A stretch of 43,419 nt of DNA from Deltaproteobacteria bacterium (GTDB taxonomy: Bacteria; Myxococcota_A; UBA9160; SMWR01), in NCBI GenBank assembly GCA_032128375.1, contig JAQBGU010000199.1, positions 1-43,419 on the forward strand, given 5' to 3'. Positions 10,423 through 20,716 of the stretch are shown one piece after another. The stretch's first letter is position 1. Each line of letters opens with the position of its first letter. Position numbers and translations under genes: made by a program. The notes below the pieces were generated by a model. It saw only the letters and a list, made by a program, of their open reading frames with translations, was not told the origin of the DNA and searched no databases.

Positions 10423-11694
10423 CTAGCTGGGTATGAGTCGCAGTGGCAGCGCCACCGGACCACGCAGCAGCATCGAACGGTGCCAATCTTCGGGTGATGA
10501 TGGGCCTTCGAAATCGGGAAAGCGCCGCAGCAGCGCGCCTAGCACGACCTCCGCCTCGAGACGCGCCAGCTGCGAACCCAGGCAGAAGTGATTGCCGTGG
10601 CCGAACGCAAGATGCCGGTTGTCCGCGCGGCCGACGTCCAGCCGATGCGGGTCTTCGAAACGCGCGGGATCGCGGTTCGCCCCAGCGAGAGCCGTCAGGA
10701 CGAGTTGACCTGCCTTGATTCGCTGCCCCCCAATCTCGCAATCCGCGATGGCCGCGCGATCCGTCATTTGAATCGGAGAATCAAAGCGCAGGAACTCGTC
10801 GACCGCGCTTGGAAGGAGCGAAAGATCGTCCGTCAGACGCTTTCGCTCACCGCGATTTTGCAACAGGGCCACTACCGCGTTTCCAATCAGGTTCGAGGTG
10901 GTCTCGTGACCCGCCACGAGCAGCAGGCTCGCGAGCGCCAACACATCTCTTTCGGCGAGCTTCTCACCGGCGTCTTCAGCGGCGATCATGGCCGACAGCA
11001 GATCATCGCGAGGTGCCTCTCGACGCTCGGCCAGAAGCGGTCGGAAGTAGGCGTTCAGGCTTGTGAGCGCGTCCCGCATGGGCGCCACTCCGCCGCTGCC
11101 CTGAAGTGGGTCGAGCATCCCCACCATGCCTGTCGACCAACGCAAGAAGTTTTCACGATCCGCTACAGGGACTCCGAGCAACTCGGCGATCACGACGACC
11201 GGCACGCGGTGAGCGATGCGCGCCACGAGGTCGATCTCCTCCTCCTCGGCAACTTCGTCGAGAAGCTCGTCCACCATTGCCTCGACGCGCGGACGCAGTG
11301 CGGCGACCCTGCGCGGTGTGAACGCCTGGCTGACCAGCCCGCGCAGCCGTCGATGATCGACACCATCGATCATCAACAGGTTGCTATCGAGCAAGCCGAT
11401 GAAGTCTGGGTTCTTCCGGGCCAGGAAACGGATCGCCCGCACCAGTACGGTCTTGTTCCGATCGGCCGTGAAGTTCGGGTCCCGCAGCACGGCGTCGCAA
11501 TCGTCATAGCGAGTCAACAGCCACGCGCCGAACCCGCGACACCACGTCACCGGAGACTCCTCGCGCAGCCGCTGCCAGCTGGCATGGGGATCCCGCCGAT
11601 GTGACGCGAGAAAGGGATTGAAGGGTCCGATCACCGGACCGAGTCGGCTCGTAAACCCTTCCTTTGAAAGCAGCCACTGAACGAAGCCAAGCAT
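10423..11694 (-). CDS. Cytochrome P450
   Basis: AGHETT, EFLRFDSP and FGHGNHFCLG motifs. Confidence 0.93.
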   Translation of the reverse strand: MLGFVQWLLSKEGFTSRLGPVIGPFNPFLASHRRDPHASWQRLREESPVTWCRGFGAWLLTRYDDCDAVLRDPNFTADRNKTVLVRAIRFLARKNPDFIGLLDSNLLMIDGVDHRRLRGLVSQAFTPRRVAALRPRVEAMVDELLDEVAEEEEIDLVARIAHRVPVVVIAELLGVPVADRENFLRWSTGMVGMLDPLQGSGGVAPMRDALTSLNAYFRPLLAERREAPRDDLLSAMIAAEDAGEKLAERDVLALASLLLVAGHETTSNLIGNAVVALLQNRGERKRLTDDLSLLPSAVDEFLRFDSPIQMTDRAAIADCEIGGQRIKAGQLVLTALAGANRDPARFEDPHRLDVGRADNRHLAFGHGNHFCLGSQLARLEAEVVLGALLRRFPDFEGPSSPEDWHRSMLLRGPVALPLRLIPS

Positions 11695-11796
11695 CGTACA
11701 TCTCCCCGCGAGCGCGCTGACAAAAGTCTACTGCTTCGGCGCCGGTGTGCACGAAGATGTATCGGCGGACCGGGCCAGATGGCTGGCGCCGAGCCG

Positions 11797-14382
11797 CTAC
11801 TTCCTGGTTCGAAGAGCGATGGTTCGCAGTGCATGCGGCGGCAGCTCGATCTCGAACGTCCCGCCCGCGAGCGTCAGGGATACACCTGTCGGGCTTTCGT
11901 CGAGCGAAACGACTTCGAGCCGATCGATTTGTTCTGCAATAACAGGAGCCAGTCGAACCGTTCCGCGCTCTGCAATGTTGCTTGAATTCAACAGTCGAAG
12001 CACGCAGCCATTGCGATTTTCCGCAGGCTTGAAGCTGGTCACACAAACGTTCTGGCCCTCTACCTCGAGCAATGCCTGGTCCGGGGCGACCAGTGGTGCA
12101 GGCCCACAGGCTGTGGCCCACAGGCCGAGTTCAGCGGCCTGGGCGCGCTTCGCATCGAGTCCCCCATACAGCGAGACCGTCGTCTGGATCGCCAGCTTGC
12201 ATTGTGCACCGGGTGTCTGGAGCGATGGGCCCGCTTCACCCGGACGCGTAGTGAGATCGGGTCGCGAGAGCCAGCCTGTCGAGCGTATCAACGTTAGCGC
12301 CAGGCAGCCTTCGGGCGTGACTTCCGCTTCGAGCAAGCCCGGGGCCGCGACGCTCAGTCCATTGACATGCACGAAGCCCTGCTGCGGGATCGTGCTTGGG
12401 GCGGGGTGAATCCACTCGGAACCGTCCCGAGCGGCCGTCGAGCGCACGGCCGTATCGAAATGACTCGCAGCTTCGAAATGAGCGGTGGGCCTTCCCGTCG
12501 GGAAGAGCAGACGCAAGCGATGGTCTTCGGCAGAGTTGTCGAGCGAAACATCCAGGTCGACGCGGGCGATGCCGGGTGCGACTCTGGCCGTGAGGACCAG
12601 CGGGATGCTGATTCGCTCATCGCTTCGCTGGTCTCGATTGTCGGTGATGCCGACCGCAATCTCGATCTCGCGCGCAATTTCGAGCTCTTGAATGCCACTC
12701 GCGTGGCAGCGTCGGGTGATTTCTGTCGAGACGATGGTAATTCCATTGCCGCTGACTGGATCGAAATCGTAGGTATCGCCGCGATCGCCGACGTCCTCGA
12801 TGCCCCCGATCCCGTGATACCAGCGGGCCTCGTCGCCAGAGCCGAATGCAATGCTGAAGGTGCCGTCGGCGCCAGCCCGCACGCTGACATCCGCGTTGCC
12901 GATCTCGTCACGGTGATCGACGACGTCGGCGCAGGCTTTGGCTTTGCGGAGCGTAAGTCGGCGCCAGCCCATGGCCGGAATCTCTTCGGCCACGAATTCC
13001 AGATCGTAGACCGGATGTCCGGAAGCGAGTCCAGCTCGCCTGTTTCCGCTGTACTCGACCACCCGCACCGGCACACCGTTCAACTCGAAACCTTCGATCC
13101 GTTGGTTGGCAGCGAGATACGGGTTGATGCCGGCGCTGGTGTAGGGAGGAAAGCCATCGAGCGCGAAGCGCACCCGATCCGTCCGTGGATAGGGCGACGG
13201 GTTGAATACGGCAATCTCGATTCCGTCGCTCGCCGCTTCGACGAGCTGACGTTCGGGGCCGAGTCCCGCGATCCGCTCGAGTAGGCGCAATGTGGTTTCT
13301 GTCGACAGATCCAGAACCGAGTCGAGGCGCGACGTCATCTGTTCGTGAACGCGATCCTGGGAACAACCGCAAATCGAATCATGGGCCTGGTTGGGCAACA
13401 ATTCTCGCCACGCCAGCCGAAGCGATGGGCTCTCGTCGGGGGTGCCGAGCCATTGTCCGAGTGCACAAAAGGGTTCGGTCCAGCCGACTAGCATGCTTTC
13501 GCATTTCCGATTGGCGAGCTTGAGATCCACATGCGTCGACCAGACGCCGGGAAGCAGATTGGCGACCTTGCCACCGAGCAGCTCGCCTTGGAAGCTCGGC
13601 AACGCATCCCGCACTTCGGGGGACGCAATGTCGGCGGCATAGTCATCGAATAGGCCGCGCTTCACCGTCCAGCCTGTGCGCTTGGCGAGCGCCTGCGCGA
13701 CCTCGCGTGTATTCGCATCGGGCAACATATGGTCGAGACCATTCATCAGCAGCACCGTATCGCGCTGGCCGTACGAGCGGAGCTCTTTGGCCAGGGTTTC
13801 GAGGCGCCCGGCAACCCGATCCGGGTCGCTCTTGAAACCCCAAGCCGAGAAGTAGCCGCGTGCCAGGTGCGTAGCGACTACCGAACTGCCGTCGGGCGAC
13901 TGCCAGCGGTAGTCGGTGGGTAGTTCGGCAATCTCGTCTGCGTTGCCGCGCCAATAAATGAAGGGGCCGAGCCCGAAGCCCGCGAAAATCTGTGGAAACT
14001 GTGCCGGGTGCCCGAATGAATCTGGTGTATAGGCAATCGTCGAGCAACCACCGTGGGCTTCGGCTACGCGTCTGCCTTCGAGAAGGTTGCGGATGTGCGT
14101 CTCGGCGCCGGGGATCAGCGAATCGGGCTGTACGTACCAGGGCCCGATCGCGACGCGCCCGGCCTCCACTGCAGCCACCAACTCCGAGCGACGTTCCGGT
14201 CGGACCTCGAGATAGTCTTCTACAACGATCGCCTGACCGTCGAGTTGAAAATAGTATTCTGGGTCGGCGGCTACGTGATCGAGTACCCGATCAACGGTAT
14301 CGACGAGTCGCGCGCGGAAGGATTGAAACGTCTTGTACCACTCGCGATCCCAATGGGTATGCGAGACGATGATGCACTGCAT
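11797..14382 (-). CDS. GH38 alpha-mannosidase (MngB-like)
   Basis: SHTHWDREWY Zn motif, DSFGH nucleophile, NGLDH and NQAHDSICGCS. No signal peptide seen. Confidence 0.92.
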   Translation of the reverse strand: MQCIIVSHTHWDREWYKTFQSFRARLVDTVDRVLDHVAADPEYYFQLDGQAIVVEDYLEVRPERRSELVAAVEAGRVAIGPWYVQPDSLIPGAETHIRNLLEGRRVAEAHGGCSTIAYTPDSFGHPAQFPQIFAGFGLGPFIYWRGNADEIAELPTDYRWQSPDGSSVVATHLARGYFSAWGFKSDPDRVAGRLETLAKELRSYGQRDTVLLMNGLDHMLPDANTREVAQALAKRTGWTVKRGLFDDYAADIASPEVRDALPSFQGELLGGKVANLLPGVWSTHVDLKLANRKCESMLVGWTEPFCALGQWLGTPDESPSLRLAWRELLPNQAHDSICGCSQDRVHEQMTSRLDSVLDLSTETTLRLLERIAGLGPERQLVEAASDGIEIAVFNPSPYPRTDRVRFALDGFPPYTSAGINPYLAANQRIEGFELNGVPVRVVEYSGNRRAGLASGHPVYDLEFVAEEIPAMGWRRLTLRKAKACADVVDHRDEIGNADVSVRAGADGTFSIAFGSGDEARWYHGIGGIEDVGDRGDTYDFDPVSGNGITIVSTEITRRCHASGIQELEIAREIEIAVGITDNRDQRSDERISIPLVLTARVAPGIARVDLDVSLDNSAEDHRLRLLFPTGRPTAHFEAASHFDTAVRSTAARDGSEWIHPAPSTIPQQGFVHVNGLSVAAPGLLEAEVTPEGCLALTLIRSTGWLSRPDLTTRPGEAGPSLQTPGAQCKLAIQTTVSLYGGLDAKRAQAAELGLWATACGPAPLVAPDQALLEVEGQNVCVTSFKPAENRNGCVLRLLNSSNIAERGTVRLAPVIAEQIDRLEVVSLDESPTGVSLTLAGGTFEIELPPHALRTIALRTRK

Positions 14383-14533
14383 TGGGGATCCTATTGCCGG
14401 GCCCGTGGTGCGATATGCCGGGTACCCCGCCTGGGCTGGGTTTTCACACGGTAGAGTAGGTACGTTGGCGGATGTCCCGCAAGACTCGAGTGCGATCACC
14501 CGCTCGACTGCGAAAGCGAGAATCGGGGAATAG

Positions 14534-16009
14534 ATGGCGGACAAGAACGTTGTGGGAAGCGTCGCCTATGAGACGGCCGACGACGGCTACTTCGAAAAGC
14601 GCCTGCTGAAGCGTCATGCCCGCGTCTGGTCCCTTTGGGCTCTGGGAGTGGGCGCCGTGATTTCCGGAGACTTCTTCGGCTGGAACTTCGGCCTTGCGGC
14701 AGGCGGCTTCGGCGGTTTGCTGCTCGCGACCGTGATCGTCACGATCATGTATCTCGGGCTGTGCTACTCGATCGCAGAGATGTGTCCGGCGCTGCCTCAC
14801 ACGGGAGGTGCGTACTCGTTCGGCCGGTCTGCGATGGGGCCCTGGGGCGGATTCATCACCGGCCTGGGCGAGAACATCGAATACGTGCTCACACCGGCGG
14901 TGATCGTCGTGGGAATCGGCGGGTACCTCGGGGCGATATTCGATACACCCGATCGTTTCGACCCCGTCTGGTGGGCGTTGGCGTACGCGGCCTTTGTCGG
15001 GCTCAATGTCTGGGGGGTCGAAGTCACTTTCAAGTTCGCGCTGGTCATCACTTTCGTCGCTTTGGCGATCCTGCTGGTGTTCTACATCGGCGCCGTGCAA
15101 CATTTTTCCTGGGAGATGGCAACCGACATCGCCCCCGATCCGGGCCGTTCGCGATTCCTCCCCAAGGGCATGCTGGGGATCGCGTGGGCACTGCCGTTCG
15201 CGATCTGGTTCTACTTGGCAATCGAAGAACTGCCACTTGCCGCCGAGGAATCCCACGACCCACAACGCGACATGCCGAAGGGAATTCTGTACGGAATCTC
15301 GACACTGATCATCTGTGCGTTCTTGACGCTGTTCCTGAACGCCGGCATCGCGCCAGGGGCAGCGGTGGTTGGCGCTTCGGACGAGCCGCTGTTTCTGGCA
15401 TTCGAAACGATCTTTGGAGCTGGCGTTGGCACCCGCTTCCTGTCGCTGATCGCGGTCGCGGGGCTGGTCGCCAGTTTTCATACGATCATCTATGCGTATG
15501 GTCGCAATATCTATTCCTTGTCTCGGGCCGGATATTTTCCGAGATGGATGTCGGTCACACACCACACGAGGAAGACTCCCCACGTCGCACTGCTCGTGGG
15601 CGCGCTGGTGGGATACACAGTCGCGCTCCTGATTCACTTCTCCGAAGCCATCTTTGGCAGCGTGCCGGTGGGTGCGATTCTGTTGAACATGGCGGTCTTC
15701 GGTGCGGTGATCTCATATGGCCTGCAGATGGTCTCGTTCATCCTGTTGAGAAAGAACCTGCCCGAGATTGCACGGCCGTTCCGCAGCCCACTAGGCAGCG
15801 CCGGCGCGTGGACCGCGTTGGTCATATCGGCGCTGACCCTGATCTCCCTGTTCGCAAACCCGGACTATCGCGTGGGGGTCTGGGGCTGCGCGGTCTGGTA
15901 CGGCCTCGGGCTCCTCTACTTCGGCATGGTCGGGCGGCATAGGCTGGTGTATTCGCCGGAAGAGGATTTCGCAATCAAACAGCGCCAGGCAGCGGGGCTC
16001 GACGCCTGA
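14534..16009 (+). CDS. APC-family permease, ethanolamine permease-like
   Basis: LWALGVGAVISGDFFGWNFGL, IWFYLAIE and ASFHTIIYAYGR motifs; about 12 TM helices. Confidence 0.85.
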   Translation: MADKNVVGSVAYETADDGYFEKRLLKRHARVWSLWALGVGAVISGDFFGWNFGLAAGGFGGLLLATVIVTIMYLGLCYSIAEMCPALPHTGGAYSFGRSAMGPWGGFITGLGENIEYVLTPAVIVVGIGGYLGAIFDTPDRFDPVWWALAYAAFVGLNVWGVEVTFKFALVITFVALAILLVFYIGAVQHFSWEMATDIAPDPGRSRFLPKGMLGIAWALPFAIWFYLAIEELPLAAEESHDPQRDMPKGILYGISTLIICAFLTLFLNAGIAPGAAVVGASDEPLFLAFETIFGAGVGTRFLSLIAVAGLVASFHTIIYAYGRNIYSLSRAGYFPRWMSVTHHTRKTPHVALLVGALVGYTVALLIHFSEAIFGSVPVGAILLNMAVFGAVISYGLQMVSFILLRKNLPEIARPFRSPLGSAGAWTALVISALTLISLFANPDYRVGVWGCAVWYGLGLLYFGMVGRHRLVYSPEEDFAIKQRQAAGLDA

Positions 16010-16159
16010 CTCGCGGTAGCGCCCGATGCTCCGGCGTCTCCCCAACCACTGGATTTCGTTGACCCTTCCGCGGTGATTCCGGCTTCGAACCCAACCTCCA
16101 AGACGCGCGAAACCGAAATAGTCCTTGGAGCCTCGCAGCGCAGCGTGCAGAATGCCCCG

Positions 16160-18034
16160 ATGGTCAGTGCGAGCGCCCTCCCCTCAGAACCCGTCCCCGA
16201 AACGACACCCACCCTATCCACAGCCGCATCGGCCGCCGAGCAGCGGGCCACTTACGCGAAGGCGGGAGAGCGGCTGCCGATGAGCATCAAGCTCGCCTAT
16301 GGCATGCCCAACGTTGCGGGCGCCGGCATGGCGATCCCGGTTCTGGTCACGATGACCATCTTCTACTCCGACGTCGTCTTGTTACCGCTGGGTTTTGTCG
16401 CACTCGCAATCGCCTTCGCGCGCGCCTTCGATGCAATCACCGACCCGATCATGGGTTGGATCACTGACCGGACGAACACGCGCTGGGGGCGTCGACGGCC
16501 GTGGATGTTCGTTGGCGCTCCGCTGTGCGCGGTCAGTTTCTTCCTGTTGTTCAACCCGCCTGAATCGCTCTCGACGCGCGGCGCGGGGATCTGGTTCTGC
16601 TCGACATTCATCCTCTACTACCTGTTTCACACGATGTACTCGATCCCCCACTACGGGCTCGGCCCAGAACTCGCCGAGGACTACCACGAGCGCTCGAGCC
16701 TGTTCGCCGTGATGGAAGGCTTTGCGGTACTCGGAACGGTCCTCGGGGCGGCGCTGCCGGCGATCTGCTTCGACGTGTTCGGCGGCCAGCGCGAGGGTTT
16801 TCGCGTATTCGCGATGGGTGTCGGGATCGTGCTCATCGTGCTCTACGCATGGCAGTGCTACAAGATTCACGAACGTCCGGACTACTACACGCGCGACCCG
16901 AACCCGATCGTACCGGGTGTGCGCCGCGTGATGCGCAACCGACCCGCCCGCATCCTACTGGCTACCTACACCGTCGGCAGTGTCACGGGCATGATCCCCG
17001 CGCTGATGATGCCGTACTTCACGACCTACGTACTCAAGGTGGAGAACCCGGCCTTCTGGATTGCGGCACTGCTCGTGATCTATTTCGGCTCCGGCCTGTT
17101 GCTGCTGCCGCTCTGGCTGGCCGCAACGCGGCGCTTCGGCAAATATCCCATCTACGTCGTCACGGCCGCGGTCGGGATCAGCTCGTCGATCATGTTGTTC
17201 TTTCAGGGAGCGGGCGACGTGATCCCAACGGCCTTCATCCTCACCTGGGCCGGGACCGTGTTCGGCGCACGTCTGTTCCTGGGACCATCGATCCAGGCCG
17301 ACGTGATCGACTACGACGAACTCTATACCGGCAAACGCAGAGAGGCGCAGTATGGCGCCTTCTGGGCACTCATCACGAAATTCACGGTAATCCCCAGTGC
17401 TGCCGTTCCGCTCGCGATTCTGGCCACGCTCGGTTACGAGCCCAACGTGGAACAGTCCGAGACCGTGACGTTTGCGATCCGCGTGATCTACGGCTTGTTC
17501 CCCGCCACGTTCGGATTTCTTTCGCTGTTGGTGTTTCTGCGTTTTCCGATTCGCGAGGTCACCCATCAAAAGATTATCGAGGGCATCCAGAAACACCGAC
17601 GCGGAGAATCGACCGTTGACCCACTCACGGGGCGGGTGTTACAGCCGCCGTCCAAAGACGCGGACGAACAGAGAGGTTGGTTTCTCGACCACTTCTCTCA
17701 CGGCGAATTGGTGCGGACCTGCAAACGCGGCCCCCGCGTATTGATCCAGAGCTCGATCCTGGCGGCATCCGTGTCGCTGCTGACCACGGTCCTGTTTGGC
17801 GGGCTCGTTGGGTCGGGGCTGGGGGATCTGAGCAAGAAGCCGGGTCTATCGACGACTCTCGAAGTCGTCGTTGCTGGCTTTGCGTTCACCTCCTTCTGCT
17901 ACCACCTGCTGCGATTGCGCGCCGCCCAAAAGATGAACGCGTCGCCCGTCCACCCAGACCTGATCCGTGCCCATCTGGAACTTCTCGACAGCCGGCGGCC
18001 GATCCCTGTCTCGGCCCGCACCGCGATTGCGTAG
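16160..18034 (+). CDS. MFS transporter, GPH (MelB-like) family, with C-terminal extension
   Basis: FDAITDPIMGWITDRTNTRWGRRRPW and QADVIDYDELYTGKRREAQY motifs. Start codon uncertain. Confidence 0.87.
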   Translation: MVSASALPSEPVPETTPTLSTAASAAEQRATYAKAGERLPMSIKLAYGMPNVAGAGMAIPVLVTMTIFYSDVVLLPLGFVALAIAFARAFDAITDPIMGWITDRTNTRWGRRRPWMFVGAPLCAVSFFLLFNPPESLSTRGAGIWFCSTFILYYLFHTMYSIPHYGLGPELAEDYHERSSLFAVMEGFAVLGTVLGAALPAICFDVFGGQREGFRVFAMGVGIVLIVLYAWQCYKIHERPDYYTRDPNPIVPGVRRVMRNRPARILLATYTVGSVTGMIPALMMPYFTTYVLKVENPAFWIAALLVIYFGSGLLLLPLWLAATRRFGKYPIYVVTAAVGISSSIMLFFQGAGDVIPTAFILTWAGTVFGARLFLGPSIQADVIDYDELYTGKRREAQYGAFWALITKFTVIPSAAVPLAILATLGYEPNVEQSETVTFAIRVIYGLFPATFGFLSLLVFLRFPIREVTHQKIIEGIQKHRRGESTVDPLTGRVLQPPSKDADEQRGWFLDHFSHGELVRTCKRGPRVLIQSSILAASVSLLTTVLFGGLVGSGLGDLSKKPGLSTTLEVVVAGFAFTSFCYHLLRLRAAQKMNASPVHPDLIRAHLELLDSRRPIPVSARTAIA

Positions 18035-18137
18035 AACGCAACACCCGGGCGCCGCAGCTTGCTGAGTCGTGCGCCGACGTTGAAGTCGTGGTCGCAAACC
18101 GGCGACGCGCAACCAACGATCTGGCTGGGTCACTAGC

Positions 18138-19301
18138 ATGCCGAAGAACCCCACCCTGCCCCTGGAAGGCGTTCGCATCCTGGACCTCGCGCGCCTGGGG
18201 CCCGGACCTCACAGCTCACAGATTCTCGCCGATTTCGGCGCCGACATCATCAAGCTGGAGCCGCCTGGCAAGGGCGGTAGTGAGCTTGTGGTTCCCGATG
18301 TCATTCGACGCAACACACGAAGCATCCGCCTGAATCTCAAGAAACCCCAAGGGCGCGAAGTTCTCGACAAGCTCGTGACGACGGTCGACGTGGTGGTCGA
18401 GGGCTTCCGACCCGGTGTCGCGAAACGCCTCGGGCTCGACTACGACGCCCTTTGTGCGATCAAGCCGGACATCATCTGCGTCTCGCTTTCGGGCTTCGGT
18501 CAAGTGGGTCCCTACAGCCAGGTCGTCGCCCACGACATCAACTACCAAAGCCTCGCCGGTATTCCCCACATGACGGGCGAACGCGATGGTCCGCCGCAGA
18601 TTCCTGGAAACGCCATCGCCGACGATGCGGGCGGAATCACCGCTGCACTGAGCATTGTGCTGGCGCTCTTCCACAAGGAACGCTCCGGGCAGGGCCAGTT
18701 TGTCGACCTGGCCATGATCGACACGCTGCTCAACATGATGTTGCTCCAACTCAATGACGTTCAGGTCACGAAGACTTCCCCTCGGCGCGGACAGACGGTG
18801 CTGACCGGGAAGTGGGCCTACTACAACATCTATGAGTGCAGGGACGGGAAGTTCCTCTCAGTCGGTACCTTCGAGCCCTGGTTCTGGGCGAAGCTCTGCG
18901 GATTGCTGGGCGTCGAGGAGTTTTCCGATCGCCAGCACCCCGACACCGAGTCGGAAGCCCAGGAGCAGATCAAAAGACTCCGTGAAATCTTTCTCACAAA
19001 GGACCGAGACGACTGGACCGAGAGGCTCATGTTCGAGGACACCTGCGTCACGCCGATACTCTCGCTGGACGAGGTCATGATGGACCGAAACCACCGGGAG
19101 CGCGGTGCCATCGTTGCGGGGTCCGAGCTTGGCGACGGCTTCGAGGACCAAGTGGGTGTGCTATTCCGCATGTCGAAGACACCCGGGAGCATCCGGACAC
19201 CCGCTCCGGCTATCGGCCAGCACACACGGGAAGTGCTGGTCGAACTCGGCTACGCCGAGTCGGAGCTCGAAGCCCTCGAGCAGGCGATCTCCACGAGCTG
19301 A
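18138..19301 (+). CDS. Family III CoA-transferase (CaiB/BaiF/Mcr-like)
   Basis: LEGVRILDL, GPGP, LADFGADIIKLE, EGFRPGV, HDINY and IADDAGG motifs. Confidence 0.92.
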   Translation: MPKNPTLPLEGVRILDLARLGPGPHSSQILADFGADIIKLEPPGKGGSELVVPDVIRRNTRSIRLNLKKPQGREVLDKLVTTVDVVVEGFRPGVAKRLGLDYDALCAIKPDIICVSLSGFGQVGPYSQVVAHDINYQSLAGIPHMTGERDGPPQIPGNAIADDAGGITAALSIVLALFHKERSGQGQFVDLAMIDTLLNMMLLQLNDVQVTKTSPRRGQTVLTGKWAYYNIYECRDGKFLSVGTFEPWFWAKLCGLLGVEEFSDRQHPDTESEAQEQIKRLREIFLTKDRDDWTERLMFEDTCVTPILSLDEVMMDRNHRERGAIVAGSELGDGFEDQVGVLFRMSKTPGSIRTPAPAIGQHTREVLVELGYAESELEALEQAISTS

Positions 19302-19368
19302 ACAGGCGCTCGATCGCCTCGCGTCACGTGACAAACAAACCGCTACACCAATAAGTGACAACACGCAG

Positions 19369-20520
19369 CTAACAGCGTGAGGGCAGCGCCAGGCTCCCAG
19401 AGCAGCGGTAGGCCGGGCCGAGCTGTGTCTCGATCGCGATGTCCATGTCGACGAGCTTCTCGCCGTTGTTCTCCCATTTCTTGGTGATGACGCCCGACAT
19501 CTTGTAATCCTCGCCGGCGCCGATGGTGCGCATCATCTGGAGTTGAATGCGACGGACGATGCTCAGCGGACCGCCGTAATCGGTCATGAATCGCGACAAC
19601 ATCCCGAGGTTGAAATGGGTTCCCAAGAACATCTCGCGGACGCCGCTCTTGTTGTGGCAGTACCAGGTGTTGTGATGCTGCGGCGCGAAATCTCGACTGG
19701 CAGACGCCATGAAGGCGCAGCGCGTCACGGTGATCGGCATCAGCAGGTCGGGTAGTGGGTCGCCTGCTTCGACACTCTCCCAGTAGAGTTCGGCCGGCGA
19801 CACGGGCGTCCAGCCCGTCCGCCACGATTCGAGCATCTCCTCGGTGGCGTTGTGCCAGCCGCCGTTCAGCCAATCGCTGTCCGGCGGTGGATTGGGGGCC
19901 TGGTCGGCCAGCGTGCTCGGGGTGGCTCGCTTGTTGCGCGCTTCCGCAAGATTACCGGCATCCAGCTCTTCGAGCGCACCGCCGTAGGAGAAGAGGTTGG
20001 TATGCGCCTGGCTGACCAGCTCATCGCGTTGGTTGTAGTAGCGGGTCTCGAGCTTGCTGAAATAGCCGCCGCCCAGGCGCGTCTGCTTGAATGGCGAGAT
20101 CTCGACCAATCGACCCGTGCTGCTGAGTCGGTCGCCGATCTCGACAGGACGAAAAAAGAGCATCTCATAGTTGGCGAGAATGCCCACCGGAAGCTCCAGC
20201 AGATCTTTGAGCTCGAAATGCAGCAACTGCCGGGTCTTGTGGCGTCCATTCGGCATGGGCCAGCGATAGGGCAGGACCAACGTGCAGATGATCATCCCAG
20301 GCTGGGCGATGATGTCCTTGAAGCCGCGGGACCGCGCGTACGCCCGGTCGTTGTAGAGCGGGTTGCCATCCTCGACGGTCTCGTTCCAATGGCGAATCAA
20401 ATACTCGCAGCACTCCACATCGGAGATTTCCTTCTCCTCGGCGACCGTCAGCTCGAGGATTTTCTGGCGGCTCTCCGGCCCGACGTAGTCGGGGATCGTC
20501 TTGAACTCTTGCTTTGTCAT
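19369..20520 (-). CDS. Double hot-dog (MaoC-like) acyl-CoA hydratase resembling a ChsH2 N-domain fused to ChsH1
   Basis: N-domain IRHWNETVEDGNPLY...IIAQPGM; C-domain ASRDFAPQHH (hydratase-2 D-x4-H) followed by LSRFMTDYGGP. Confidence 0.8.
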   Translation of the reverse strand: MTKQEFKTIPDYVGPESRQKILELTVAEEKEISDVECCEYLIRHWNETVEDGNPLYNDRAYARSRGFKDIIAQPGMIICTLVLPYRWPMPNGRHKTRQLLHFELKDLLELPVGILANYEMLFFRPVEIGDRLSSTGRLVEISPFKQTRLGGGYFSKLETRYYNQRDELVSQAHTNLFSYGGALEELDAGNLAEARNKRATPSTLADQAPNPPPDSDWLNGGWHNATEEMLESWRTGWTPVSPAELYWESVEAGDPLPDLLMPITVTRCAFMASASRDFAPQHHNTWYCHNKSGVREMFLGTHFNLGMLSRFMTDYGGPLSIVRRIQLQMMRTIGAGEDYKMSGVITKKWENNGEKLVDMDIAIETQLGPAYRCSGSLALPSRC

Positions 20521-20667
20521 CAGACTGTTTCCCTCTCGAACGAATTCGGGGCACGCGCGCTGGTCACCCGTCCGATGCACACCAGCGGCCGGGCGGCCGA
20601 GACCTCGGCCAGAGGCGCCACGCCGGCTAATCTATGGGGCGCTCGATGGCATGTCCACTCGGTTACG

Positions 20668-20706
20668 GGGCTCATCCACAGGGCTCATCGACAGGACTCA
20701 TCGACA
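20668..20706 (+). repeat. 13-bp tandem direct repeat x3 in divergent intergenic region
   Basis: gggctcatccaca gggctcatcgaca ggactcatcgaca, running into the AGGAG RBS of the ACAD gene. Confidence 0.85.
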
Positions 20707-20716
20707 GGAGAGCGAG

